Shown: piece after piece, positions 21,375 through 31,647 of the stretch
Layout: each line of letters begins with the position of its first letter
How positions within the stretch are numbered: position 1 is the stretch's first letter
Assembly: GCA_035572475.1 (NCBI GenBank)
Contig: DATNAP010000045.1
Coordinates: 22,399 to 86,398 of the forward strand
DNA: 64,000 bases
Direction: 5' to 3'
Source of the DNA: Conexibacter sp.
GTDB taxonomy: Bacteria; Actinomycetota; Thermoleophilia; Solirubrobacterales; Solirubrobacteraceae
Program-made: the position numbers and the translations under genes
Notes under the pieces: generated by a model
Seen by the model: only the letters and a program-made list of their open reading frames with translations
Told to the model about the DNA's origin: nothing
The model's database searches: none

Positions 21375-21854
21375 ATGGGCGAGCTGACGCATCTCGACGA
21401 GGCCGGGCACGCGCGGATGGTCGACGTCGGCGGCAAGGACGTCACCGCCCGCCGCGCGCTCGCACGCGCGGTCGTGCGGATGTCCGCCGCAACCGCCGCC
21501 GCCGTGCGCGACGGCGACGTGCCGAAGGGCGACGTGCTCGGGCCCGCGCGCACCGCGGGGATCCTGGCTGCCAAGCGCACATGGGAGCTGATCCCGCTGT
21601 GCCACCAGCTGCCGCTGTCGTCCGTCGACGTGAGCGCCGAGGTCGACGCCGAGGCGGGCGCGGTGACGTTGCTCGCCGAGGCGCGCACGAGCGCCCAGAC
21701 GGGCGTCGAGATGGAGGCGCTGACGGCAGCATCCGTCGCCGCGCTGACGGTCTACGACATGGTCAAGGGGCTGGAGCGGGGCGTGACGATCGAGCAGGTC
21801 GCGCTGCTGGAGAAGTCCGGCGGGCGCTCGGGTGACTGGCGCCGCGAGCCGTAG
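21375..21854 (+). CDS. moaC: Cyclic pyranopterin monophosphate synthase MoaC
   Basis: [35 protein letters not shown]. Confidence 0.97.
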   Translation: MGELTHLDEAGHARMVDVGGKDVTARRALARAVVRMSAATAAAVRDGDVPKGDVLGPARTAGILAAKRTWELIPLCHQLPLSSVDVSAEVDAEAGAVTLLAEARTSAQTGVEMEALTAASVAALTVYDMVKGLERGVTIEQVALLEKSGGRSGDWRREP

Positions 21855-21904
21855 CCCGCTCGCCCCGCGCCCACGCCTCGCGTCCACGCCGTACGCTTCG
21901 CCGC

Positions 21905-22420
21905 ATGGATCGCGACGGGCTGCGCGCCGTGCAGGCGCCGTTGAAGGAGCGCTACCGCGAGCAGCCGGCCGCCGCGCGGGTCACGCTGAGCGCGAGCGGT
22001 ACGCTCGGCGAGGGCGTCTCGTGCTCGGTGCAGACCGGTCGGGCGCTTGCCGAGGCCGGGCTGCACCCGGCATCGGGCGGCGACGGCTCGCTGCTGTGCT
22101 CGGGCGACATGCTGCTGGAGGCGCTCGTCGCGTGCGCGGGCGTCACCCTGCGCGCTGTCGCGACCTCGCTGGAGATCCCGGTGCGCGGCGGCACGGTCCG
22201 CGCCGAGGGCGAGCTCGACTTCCGCGGCACGCTCGGCGTCGCGAAGGACGCGCCCGTCGGCTTCTCCGCGATCCGCCTCTCCTTCGCGCTCGATGCCGAC
22301 GCCGACGAGGAGCAGCTCGCGACGCTGCTGCGCCTGACCGAGCGCTACTGCGTCGTCTTCCAGACGCTCGCGCAGCCGCCCGCGCTGTCGGCGACGGTCA
22401 CGACGACCGTCGCCGAGTAG
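21905..22420 (+). CDS. OsmC-family protein
   Basis: CSGDMLLEALVACAG...TERYCVV. Confidence 0.9.
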   Translation: MDRDGLRAVQAPLKERYREQPAAARVTLSASGTLGEGVSCSVQTGRALAEAGLHPASGGDGSLLCSGDMLLEALVACAGVTLRAVATSLEIPVRGGTVRAEGELDFRGTLGVAKDAPVGFSAIRLSFALDADADEEQLATLLRLTERYCVVFQTLAQPPALSATVTTTVAE

Positions 22421-22426
22421 ACGCGC

Positions 22427-22537
22427 TCAGTCGACGCCGCGCGGCACGACCCACTGCACCTCGAGCGCCCGCTCGACGACCTCCTCCGACATCGGAACGC
22501 GCGGCAGCGCGCGAAGCGAGGCCGCTGTCGCGACGTA
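22427..22537 (-). pseudogene. Internally deleted VapC (PIN toxin) remnant
   Basis: Reads ...ALPRVPMSEEVVERALEVQ|WVVPRGVD*: mid-PIN helix joined directly to a VapC-type C-terminus; no start codon. Confidence 0.5.
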
Positions 22538-22608
22538 GGCGCCGTCTACAGCCTTCGCATTGGATCTCGCCGGAGTGCACCGGCATCCCAGGCTCTAAGC
22601 TCGCCCCC

Positions 22609-23071
22609 GTGCAGACGGCGGTGCTGACGATCTCCACGACGCTCGCGCGCGGGGAGGGCGAGGACGCGTCGGGCGAGCTGCTCGCGCGGCTTGCGGCGGC
22701 GGCCGGCTGCGAGGTCGTCGCGCGCGACCTCGTCGGCGACGACAAGGGCACGATCGAGCCGGCGCTGCGCGGCTACGTGCGCAGGGGGATCCCGCTCGTC
22801 TTCACGACCGGCGGCACCGGCCTCACGCCCGACGACGTCACGCCCGAGGCCACCCGCGCGGTGATCGAGCGCGACGCGCCGGGCTTCGCGGAGGCGCTGC
22901 GTGCCGAGTCGCTCAAGCACACGCCGATGGGGATCCTCTCGCGCGGCGTTGCGGGGACCTGCGGGCGCACGCTGATCGTCAACCTGCCGGGCAGCCCGAA
23001 GGCGATCGCCCAGCTCTTCCCGGTGCTCGCACCGACGCTTCCTCACGTCGTCGCGACGCTCCAGCGCGCAG

Positions 23072-23094
<23 letters not shown>
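22609..23094 (+). CDS. moaB: MogA/MoaB molybdopterin adenylyltransferase
   Basis: VLTIS, TTGGTGLTPDDVTPEAT, LSRGVAG, NLPGSP. Confidence 0.92.
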
Positions 23095-23754
<660 letters not shown>

Positions 23755-23758
<4 letters not shown>

Positions 23759-24450
23759 GCGACCGGGAGCCGCCACACATGCGCCCTTCGATGGCCCTCC
23801 TGCGCAAGGACCTGCTGCTCGAGCGCCGCGCGCCCGAGGCGATTCCGGCGATGCTGCTGTTCAGCGTCACGACGTTCGTCCTCTTCCACTTCGGGCTCGG
23901 GCGGGACACGCTCTCGGGCCAGCTCGCGGCCGGCGTCCTCACCGTCACGCTGCTGTTCGCGGCGATCCTCGGCATCAACCGCCTGTTCGTCTCCGAGCAG
24001 GAGGAGGGCGGCTTCGACGGCGTCATGCTCGCGCCGATCGACCGCACCGCGCTGTTCCTCGCGAAGGCCGCGGCGCTGTTCCTGTTCCTCGCGCTCGTCG
24101 AGGTCGTGACGGTCGCCGCGTTCGCGCTGCTGCTGCTCGGGCCCAGTCCGTGGCCGGCGCTGCCGGGCCTCATCTTGATCCTCGCGCTGCTCGACGGCGC
24201 GCTCGCGCTCGTCGGCACGCTCGTCTCCGCGCTCGCGATCCGCACGCGCGCGCGCGACCTGATCGTGCCGATCGTCGCGCTGCCGCTGCTCGTGCCGGCG
24301 CTGATCGCCGCGGCGCGCGGCGCGGCGCCGCTGCTGGCGGCGTCCGGCGCCGGCTCGATCCCAACCAAGTGGCTGGCGATCCTCGCGCTCTATGATCTCG
24401 TCTTCGGCCTGCTCGCCTACGCCGTGTTCGACTTCCTGTTGGAGGACTGA
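23755..24450 (+). CDS. ccmB: Heme exporter permease CcmB
   Basis: KDLLLE.R, E.E.G..DG..LAP, LPLLVP, six TM. Confidence 0.88.
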
Positions 24451-24455
24451 CCAGC

Positions 24456-25265
24456 ATGTACGGGAAGGGGCTCCGAGCGCTGTCGCTCGCCACCTTCGCC
24501 GCCGTGACCGCCACGTTCGCGCTCGTCTTCTTCTACGCCCCGCTCGACGCCGACCAGGGCTTCATCCAGAAGATCTTCTACGTGCACGTGCCGGTCGCGA
24601 TCGTGACCTTGTGCGCCTACATCGTCGGCGCGATCTTTGCCGCGCTGCACCTGAAGACGCGCGACCGGCGCTGGGACCTGCGTTCGTACGTCGTGATCCA
24701 CATCGCGCTGATCTTCAACATCGTCGGCCTGCTGACCGGCGCGATCTGGGCGAAGGCGTCGTGGGGCCACTGGTGGGTGTGGGACGAGCCTACCCTCGTG
24801 TCGTTCCTGATCGTGTTTCTGCTGTTTGCGACGTATCAGCCCCTGCGTTTCTCGATCGAGGACCCGGAGCGCCAGGCGCGCTACGCCTCCGTCTTCGCGA
24901 TCATGGCCGGCGCGTTCGTGCCGCTGAACTTCGCGGCGGTGCGCGCGGCCTCGCCGTTCGTGCACCCCCGCGTGCTCGGCACCGCCAACGGCGGCCTGCC
25001 CGGCTCGATGGCCTTCGTGTTCGTGTGCGCGCTGACGGCGATCGGCCTGCTGTTCGCGCTGCTCGTCTCCTACGAGATCGCCGCCAAGCAGACGCGCTGG
25101 CAGCTGCGCGCGCTCAGACGGCGGCTGCTGGGCGGCGATGCGGTCGCGCCGCTCGGGCGCAGCGCGGCGCCGGCGCTCGGCGCGCCGGAGCGGCCCTCCG
25201 GCCCCGCGGCGGGCCCGGCGCGCGGGGGCGGGCGGGGCTCCCATCCCGCGGAGGCCGCCTCATGA
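24456..25265 (+). CDS. ccmC: Cytochrome c biogenesis CcmC
   Basis: IFYVHVP, WWD domain TGAIWAKASWGHWWVWDEP, HP. Confidence 0.9.
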   Translation: MYGKGLRALSLATFAAVTATFALVFFYAPLDADQGFIQKIFYVHVPVAIVTLCAYIVGAIFAALHLKTRDRRWDLRSYVVIHIALIFNIVGLLTGAIWAKASWGHWWVWDEPTLVSFLIVFLLFATYQPLRFSIEDPERQARYASVFAIMAGAFVPLNFAAVRAASPFVHPRVLGTANGGLPGSMAFVFVCALTAIGLLFALLVSYEIAAKQTRWQLRALRRRLLGGDAVAPLGRSAAPALGAPERPSGPAAGPARGGGRGSHPAEAAS

Positions 25266-25483
25266 ACGCGCTGCTCGCCGCCGCGCCCGCGCTGCCGCTG
25301 CACGAGGCAGGCAAGTACGTCGCCGGCGCGTTCGTCGTCTTCGTCGCGATCGTCCTGATCTACGTCGCGATCATGGCCGTGCGCCTCCAGCGCATGAGCA
25401 GGGAGCTGAACGAGCTGAACACCGCCGTCGAGGCGCGTGAGCGCGCCGAAGCGGCGAAGCAGGCGGAGGCCGCGTCGCGATGA
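25262..25483 (+). CDS. CcmD-like small membrane protein
   Basis: 73 aa, YVAGAF + TM + charged tail; overlaps ccmC stop and hemA start. Confidence 0.65.
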   Translation: MNALLAAAPALPLHEAGKYVAGAFVVFVAIVLIYVAIMAVRLQRMSRELNELNTAVEARERAEAAKQAEAASR

Positions 25484-26817
25484 GCGAGGTGCTCGCGGTC
25501 GGCGTCTCGCACAAGACCGCCCCGATCGCCGTGCGCGAGCGGCTCGCGCTTACGCCCGGCAAGGTCGCCGGCTACCTGCACGAGGTGCGGGGCGTCGCGG
25601 GCGTGCAGGAGGCGGTCGCGATCTCGACGTGCAACCGCACCGAGACCTACCTCGTCGCGAGCGACCCGGTCGAGGCCGAGACGGCCGTGCTGGGGATGCT
25701 CGCGCGCAAGGCGGGGATCCGCCCGACCGAGCTGGCGTCGTCGATCTACGCACTGCGCAACTGCGACGCGGCGCGCCACCTCTACCGCGTCACGGCCGGG
25801 CTGGAGTCGATGATCGTCGGCGAGGCGGAGGTGCAGGGGCAGGTCAAGCACGCCTACGAGGACGCGCTGGCGGCGCAGACGACCGGCCCGCTCACGAACC
25901 ACCTGTTCCGCGCCGCGCTCGCGACCGGCAAGCGCGTGCGCAGCGAGACGAGGATCGGCGAGCGGCGGATGTCGGTGTCGTCCGTGGCGGCGGCACTGGC
26001 GGCCGAGCAGCTCGCCGGGCTCGAACGGCGCGAGGTGCTGATCCTGGGCGCCGGCGAGACGAGCGAGCTGGCCGCGAAGGCGCTGGCGGCGCACGGCGTC
26101 GAGGCGATCTTCGTCGCGAACCGCCGGCACGAGCGCGCAGTCTCGCTCGCGCAGCGCTACGGCGGCCAGGCGATGTCGTTCGACGAGCTGCCGGCGGAGC
26201 TCGCACGCGCCGACGCGCTCGTGTGCGCGACGTCCTCGCCGCACGCGCTGCTCGGCGCCGAGGAGCTCGCCGCCGTGATTGAGGCGCGCGGCGGCCGGCC
26301 GCTGCTGATCCTCGACCTCGCGGTCCCGCGCGACGTCGCGCCGGACGTGCGCGACGTGCCGAGCGTCTCGCTCTACGACGTCGACGACCTCCAGGCCGTC
26401 GTGCGGCGCAACAGAGCGGTGCGCCAGGCGGAGGCGTCGCACGCCGAGGGAATCGTCGAGGAGGAGATCCAGCGCTTCGCCGAGTGGCTGGGCTCGCTGG
26501 AGGTGCTGCCGACGCTGAGCGCGCTGCGCGAGCGCGGGCGCGCGATCGCCGAGCAGGTCGTGCGCGAGAACGCCGGTCGCTGGGAGTCGCTGTCCGAGCG
26601 CGACCGCAACCGCGTCGAGGCGATCGCGCAGGCGATCGTCAACCGGCTGCTGCACGAGCCGACGCTGCGGATGAAGCAGATGACCGACGAGCGCGTCCAC
26701 CTGCGGATGCAGGTCGTGCGCGAGCTGTTCGGGCTGGAGGAGAGCGTCTCCGGCGTGGACGCGGAGCAGCCGCTGGCGGACGTGCGGCCGCTGCGGCGGC
26801 CGGGCAACGCTTCCTGA
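25480..26817 (+). CDS. hemA: Glutamyl-tRNA reductase
   Basis: GVSHKTAP..RE, STCNRTE, GLESMIVGE.EV.GQ, GAGE, DLAVPRD. Confidence 0.97.
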   Translation: MSEVLAVGVSHKTAPIAVRERLALTPGKVAGYLHEVRGVAGVQEAVAISTCNRTETYLVASDPVEAETAVLGMLARKAGIRPTELASSIYALRNCDAARHLYRVTAGLESMIVGEAEVQGQVKHAYEDALAAQTTGPLTNHLFRAALATGKRVRSETRIGERRMSVSSVAAALAAEQLAGLERREVLILGAGETSELAAKALAAHGVEAIFVANRRHERAVSLAQRYGGQAMSFDELPAELARADALVCATSSPHALLGAEELAAVIEARGGRPLLILDLAVPRDVAPDVRDVPSVSLYDVDDLQAVVRRNRAVRQAEASHAEGIVEEEIQRFAEWLGSLEVLPTLSALRERGRAIAEQVVRENAGRWESLSERDRNRVEAIAQAIVNRLLHEPTLRMKQMTDERVHLRMQVVRELFGLEESVSGVDAEQPLADVRPLRRPGNAS

Positions 26818-27752
26818 TGCGGATCGGCTCGCGCGGGAGCGCCCTCGCGCTGGCGCAGGCGGGGTTCGTGGCCGAGCTGCTGGGCGGCGCGGATGCGGGC
26901 GTCGAGGTCGTGACGGTGACGACGAGCGGCGACCGGGGCGTGCTGCTGGGCGACAAGTCGCGCTGGGTGAAGGAGCTGGAGGCCGCGCTGCTGGCGGGCG
27001 AGATCGACGCGGCCGTGCATTCGGCGAAGGACGTGCCGGTCGAGCTGCCGGACGGGCTCGCGATCGCCGCCGTCCCCGAACGGGTGGATCCGCGCGACGC
27101 GCTGTGCGGCGCGTCGTCGCTGGAGGAGCTGCCGGACGGCGCGCGGGTCGGCACGAGCAGCCTGCGCCGTGCGGCCGGGCTGCGTGCGCTGCGGCCGGAC
27201 CTGAACGTGGTCGCGCTGCACGGCAACGTCGACACGCGGCTGCACAAGCTGGCCGGCGGGGAGTGGGACGCGATCGTGCTGGCGATGGCCGGCCTCGAAC
27301 GGCTCGGCCGCGGCGGCGAGGCCGGCTGGGTGCTGGACGAGCTCGTGCCCGCGCCCGGTCAAGGGACGCTCGTCGTCGAGGCGCGCGCCGAGGACACGGC
27401 GACGCGCGCGGCGCTCGGCGCGATCGACGACCCGCACGTCGGCGCGTGCCTGGAGGCGGAGCGCGCCGTCTCGCGCGCGCTCGGCGCGTCCTGCAACACG
27501 CCGCTCGGCGCGCATGCCGCGCTCGCCAACGACGGCGCGATGACGCTGCGCGCGTTCCTGGGCCTGCCGGACGGGTCGGCGTGGCTGCGCGACGAGCTGA
27601 CGGACCCGCTCGGCGCCTCGCCCGCGGCGCTCGGGGTGGAGATGGCGGAGCGGATGCGCGCGGCGGGCGCCGATGAGCTGCTGGCGGCGTGCGAGGCGCT
27701 TGCGGACGGCGCGCCGCCGCCGGCCTCGACGCCCGAGGGGACGCGGCTGTGA
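26817..27752 (+). CDS. hemC: Hydroxymethylbilane synthase
   Basis: MRIGSRGSALALAQA, VHSAKDVP, GTSSLRR, GNVDTRL.KL, ASCNTP. Confidence 0.96.
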   Translation: MRIGSRGSALALAQAGFVAELLGGADAGVEVVTVTTSGDRGVLLGDKSRWVKELEAALLAGEIDAAVHSAKDVPVELPDGLAIAAVPERVDPRDALCGASSLEELPDGARVGTSSLRRAAGLRALRPDLNVVALHGNVDTRLHKLAGGEWDAIVLAMAGLERLGRGGEAGWVLDELVPAPGQGTLVVEARAEDTATRAALGAIDDPHVGACLEAERAVSRALGASCNTPLGAHAALANDGAMTLRAFLGLPDGSAWLRDELTDPLGASPAALGVEMAERMRAAGADELLAACEALADGAPPPASTPEGTRL

Positions 27753-27801
27753 GCGCGCGCACGCCGCCCGCCGTCACGCGTCGTTACCGGAGCCCGCGCG
27801 C

Positions 27802-29331
27802 ATGACCGGCTTCGTCCATCTCGTCGGCGCCGGACCCGGCGACCTCGACCTGCTGACCCGCCGCGCGTATCGCGCGATCGAGCAGGCGGACACGATCCTC
27901 TACGACCGGCTGATCCCGCCGGGCCTGCTGGAGCAGGTCGCGCACGCGGACGCCGAGTTGATCTACGTCGGCAAGGAGGGGCGCGGGCCGCAGATGCCGC
28001 AGGACGAGATCGACGCGCTGCTCGTCGCGCACGCTCGCGCCGGCAAGCGCGTCGTGCGGCTCAAGGGCGGCGACCCGTTCGTGTTCGGACGCGGCGGCGA
28101 GGAGGCGCTCGTGCTGCGCGCGGCGGGGATCCCGTTCGCCGTCGTGCCCGGGATCACCGCCGGCATCGCCGCCCCCGCCTACGCCGGCATCCCGGTCACG
28201 CACCGCGACCGCGCGAGCGGCGTCGCACTCGTGACCGGCCACGAAGATCCCGCCAAACCGGAGTCGGCGATCGACTGGCCCGCGCTGGCGGCGTTTCCGG
28301 GGACGCTCGTCTTCTACATGGGCGTCGGCCAGCTCCCGCGCATCGCCGAGCGGCTGATCGCCGGCGGCCGGCCGGCGGACCAGCCGGCGGCGGTGATCGA
28401 GCGCGGCACGCTGCCGGGGCAGCGGACCGTCGTCGCCACGCTGGAGACGATCGCCGAGCGGGCCGCCGAGGCGCAGATCCGCCCGCCGTCGATCACGCTG
28501 GTCGGCGACGTGGCGGCGCTGCGCGAGGATGGCGTGCGCTGGTTCGAGGAGCGGCCGCTGTACGGCAAGACGGTCGCGGTAACGCGGGCGCGCGAGCAGG
28601 CGAGCGGCCTCGCGGTGCGGCTGCGCGAGCTGGGGGCCGAGGTGGTCGAGACGCCCGTCATCAGAGTCGTCCCGCTCGACCCGCCGACGCTCACCGCCGG
28701 CGCCGCGAGCGAACCGCTGCGAGCCGGTGCGCTCGGCAACCCTTCCGGCTACGACCTGATCTGCTTCACCTCGCCCAACGGCGTCCGCCTCTTCTTCGAG
28801 CGTCTCGGCGACAATGGCTGCGACGCCCGCGCGCTGCACGGCGTGCGCGTCGCGGCGATCGGCCCGGCGACGGCGCGGGCGCTGCGCGCGCACGGCGTGA
28901 TCGCGGACGTGATGCCGGAGCGCGCGGTCGCCGAGTCGCTCGTGGAGGCGCTCGGCGAGGCGGCGGTCGAGCGCGCGCTGATCGCCCGCGCGAAGGTCGC
29001 GCGCGACGTGCTGCCCGACGCGCTGCGCGCGCGCGGCGCCGAGGTCGACGTGCTGGAGCTGTACGAGACGGTCGCGGAGCCGCTCGCGCCCGCGCAGCTC
29101 GACGCGATCCGCGCAGCCGACTACGTCACCTTCACATCTGCGTCGACCGTCGCGAACCTGCTGAGCGCCGCCGGCGGCACGCTCGACACGCGCGCCCGCC
29201 TCGCCTCGATCGGCCCGGTCACGTCCGATGCCCTGCGCGCCCACGGGCTCGCGCCGTCGCTCGAAGCCGAGCGCCACGACATCGACGGCCTGCTCGCGGC
29301 CTTGACAGCGGACATCGCCAGCAGAAAATGA
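27802..29331 (+). CDS. cobA: Uroporphyrinogen-III C-methyltransferase/synthase fusion (CobA-HemD)
   Basis: VGAGPGD, RLKGGDPFVFGRGGEE, then PL.GKTVAVTRA, FTSPNGV, FTSASTV, SIGPVT. Confidence 0.95.
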   Translation: MTGFVHLVGAGPGDLDLLTRRAYRAIEQADTILYDRLIPPGLLEQVAHADAELIYVGKEGRGPQMPQDEIDALLVAHARAGKRVVRLKGGDPFVFGRGGEEALVLRAAGIPFAVVPGITAGIAAPAYAGIPVTHRDRASGVALVTGHEDPAKPESAIDWPALAAFPGTLVFYMGVGQLPRIAERLIAGGRPADQPAAVIERGTLPGQRTVVATLETIAERAAEAQIRPPSITLVGDVAALREDGVRWFEERPLYGKTVAVTRAREQASGLAVRLRELGAEVVETPVIRVVPLDPPTLTAGAASEPLRAGALGNPSGYDLICFTSPNGVRLFFERLGDNGCDARALHGVRVAAIGPATARALRAHGVIADVMPERAVAESLVEALGEAAVERALIARAKVARDVLPDALRARGAEVDVLELYETVAEPLAPAQLDAIRAADYVTFTSASTVANLLSAAGGTLDTRARLASIGPVTSDALRAHGLAPSLEAERHDIDGLLAALTADIASRK

Positions 29332-29380
29332 AAAAATACTTTCACTGAAGCGGGCTCAGGAAAAGTATTCTTTTCCTCAT
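29328..29380. promoter_or_regulatory. AT-rich inverted repeat, candidate antitoxin operator/promoter
   Basis: gaaaaaatactttcactga / tcaggaaaagtattcttttc imperfect IR directly before the HTH gene; TTGACA at 29302-29307. Confidence 0.6.
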
Positions 29381-29708
29381 GCCTCGTGGACGCACGTACT
29401 CCCCTATCGCCTTGGAGGCTGCCAGCCTGCTCGGCGCACGCGTCCGGCTGGCACGCCGCGAGCGCGGTTGGACGCTGCGAGAGCTGGCCGAGCGCGTCGG
29501 GGTCACGCAGCCGACGATGAGCAAGATCGAGCGCGGCGATCCGAGCGTCGGGCTCGGCGTCGCGCTCGAGGCGGCCGCGCTCGCGGGGGTACCCCTGTTC
29601 GACGAGGACCGGTCGCGGGTGCGGCTGGAGGCCGCACAGGTCGAAGGCCGCCTTGCGCTGCTCCCGCAGCTCGTGCGCAAGCCTGCCGAGCCCGACGATG
29701 ACTTCTGA
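29379..29708 (+). CDS. XRE-family HTH antitoxin (HipB-like)
   Basis: ARRERGWTLRELAERVGVTQPTMSKIERG; overlaps hipA start. Confidence 0.88.
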   Translation: MPRGRTYSPIALEAASLLGARVRLARRERGWTLRELAERVGVTQPTMSKIERGDPSVGLGVALEAAALAGVPLFDEDRSRVRLEAAQVEGRLALLPQLVRKPAEPDDDF

Positions 29709-30939
29709 GCCGCGACACGCGTTCGCCTGGGTCTGGCTTCCGGATGCAACCGCGCCGGTCGTCGCCGGGCGCCTCGACCAGCGCGGCGATGTCGTCACCT
29801 TCACCTACGGGCGCAGCTACCTGTCGCGCGCGGACGCGATCCCGCTCTACCTGCCGGAGCTTCCCCTCCAGCGCGGACGAATCGCGCCGCTCGCGGGCGA
29901 CATCGCGGGCTGCATCGCCGACGCCGGGCCCGACGCGTGGGGCCAGCGTGTGATCCTCAACCGCCTGGTCGGCGCCGGCGCGCTCGACACCGCGCCGCTG
30001 GACCGGCTCACCTACCTGCTCGAATCGGGATCGGACCGGATCGGTGCACTCGACTTCCAAGCCTCGTCGACCGAGTACATGCCCCGCACCGGCGACCACG
30101 CGTCGCTCGACGAGCTGGCGCGCGCCGCCGAGCAGGTCGAGCAGGGGGTTCCCCTCTCGCCCCCGCTCGACCGGGCGCTGCTGCACGGCAGCTCGATCGG
30201 CGGTGCCCGCCCGAAGGCGCTGCTGCAAGACGACGGCGGGGACCGCCGCCTGATCGCCAAGTTCAGCTCCTCGACCGACAGCTATCCGGTCGTCAAGGGG
30301 GAGTTTCTCGCGATGGTGCTGGCGCGACGCGCCGGCCTCAACGTGCCCGCAGTCGAGCTGACGCAGGCACTCGGTCGCGACGTGCTGCTGGTCGAGCGCT
30401 TCGACCGACCAGGCGACGGCCGGCGACGGCAGATGGTCTCAGCGCTCACGATCCTGGGGCTGCCGGAGATCGCCGCCCGCTACGCGAGCTACGCGAACCT
30501 CGCGGACGCCATCCGCGAGCGCTTCACGGATCCGTCGCGCACGCTGCGCGAGCTGTTCGCGCGCATCGTCTTCAACGTCCTCACCGGGAACACGGACGAC
30601 CACCCGCGCAACCACGCCGCGTTCTGGGACGGCAGAGCGCTGGCGCTCACGCCGGCGTATGACGTCTGCCCGCAGCCGCGCACCGGGGGCGAGTCCGCGC
30701 AGATCATGGCGATCGGCCGCGACGGCTGGCGCATGGGCCAGGTGGCCGGCTGCGTGGAGCGCGCCGCGGCCTACCTGCTGTCGGAGCGCGATGCGCGCGA
30801 GATCGTCGACCATCAGCTCCAAGTGATCGAGACGCAGTGGAATGAGGTGTGCGAGGCCGCCGCGCTCTCTGCGGTCGATCGCGCCTACTTCTGGAGACGC
30901 CAGTTCATGAACCCCTACGCCCTGGAGGGCTATCGATGA
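29698..30939 (+). CDS. hipA: HipA-family toxin kinase
   Basis: PDAWG, SIGGARPKA, IAKF, VERFDR, GNTDDHPRNH, LTPAYD. Confidence 0.92.
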   Translation: MTSEPRHAFAWVWLPDATAPVVAGRLDQRGDVVTFTYGRSYLSRADAIPLYLPELPLQRGRIAPLAGDIAGCIADAGPDAWGQRVILNRLVGAGALDTAPLDRLTYLLESGSDRIGALDFQASSTEYMPRTGDHASLDELARAAEQVEQGVPLSPPLDRALLHGSSIGGARPKALLQDDGGDRRLIAKFSSSTDSYPVVKGEFLAMVLARRAGLNVPAVELTQALGRDVLLVERFDRPGDGRRRQMVSALTILGLPEIAARYASYANLADAIRERFTDPSRTLRELFARIVFNVLTGNTDDHPRNHAAFWDGRALALTPAYDVCPQPRTGGESAQIMAIGRDGWRMGQVAGCVERAAAYLLSERDAREIVDHQLQVIETQWNEVCEAAALSAVDRAYFWRRQFMNPYALEGYR

Positions 30940-31646
30940 AGCTCGGCACCCCCCGCCTGCACCTCCGCGAGGTCGACTCGACGAACGTGCGGGCGCAGCG
31001 GCTCGCCGCGAGCGGGGCGCCGCACGGGACGCTCGTGACGGCGGCGGGGCAGAGCGCCGGGCACGGACGGCAGGGGCGCGCGTGGGTCACGCCGGCGGGG
31101 CGCGCGCTCGCGTGCTCGCTCGTGCTGCGCGAGCCGCCGCGGCTGCTGCCGATGCTCGCGGCGCTGGCGGTCGCGGACGTCGCGGACCGCTTCGACGGGG
31201 CAGGCCGCGCCACCGCGATCAAGTGGCCGAACGACGTGCTGCTCGACGGTCGCAAGGTCGCGGGGATCCTCGCCGAGGGCCGCCCGCAGGAGGGCTGGGT
31301 CGTGCTCGGGATCGGCATCAACGTCGCTGTCGCAGAGGAGGACCTCCCGCCCGAGCTGCGCGCCGTCGCGACCTCGCTCGGCCGCGCATCCGGCGATGTC
31401 GAGCCCGTCCTCGACGCGCTGCTGGAACGGCTCGACGCGTGGCTCTCGGCGCCCGCCGACGCCGCGATGGACGCCTACCGCGCCCGCGACGCGCTCGCCG
31501 GCCGGGAGATCGCATGGAGCGGCGGCCACGGCACCGCGCTCGGCGTCGCCGACGACGGCCGGCTGCGCGTGCGGCCGGCGGGCGGCGGCCCGGACGAGGA
31601 ACTGCTGCTCGACGCCGGCGAGGTCCACCTGGGGACCCAGAGCTGA
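30936..31646 (+). CDS. birA: Biotin-protein ligase (no HTH)
   Basis: VDSTN, QSAGHGRQGR.W, KWPND, RKVAGIL.E, GIGIN, AGEV. Confidence 0.93.
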   Translation: MKLGTPRLHLREVDSTNVRAQRLAASGAPHGTLVTAAGQSAGHGRQGRAWVTPAGRALACSLVLREPPRLLPMLAALAVADVADRFDGAGRATAIKWPNDVLLDGRKVAGILAEGRPQEGWVVLGIGINVAVAEEDLPPELRAVATSLGRASGDVEPVLDALLERLDAWLSAPADAAMDAYRARDALAGREIAWSGGHGTALGVADDGRLRVRPAGGGPDEELLLDAGEVHLGTQS

Positions 31647-31647
31647 G

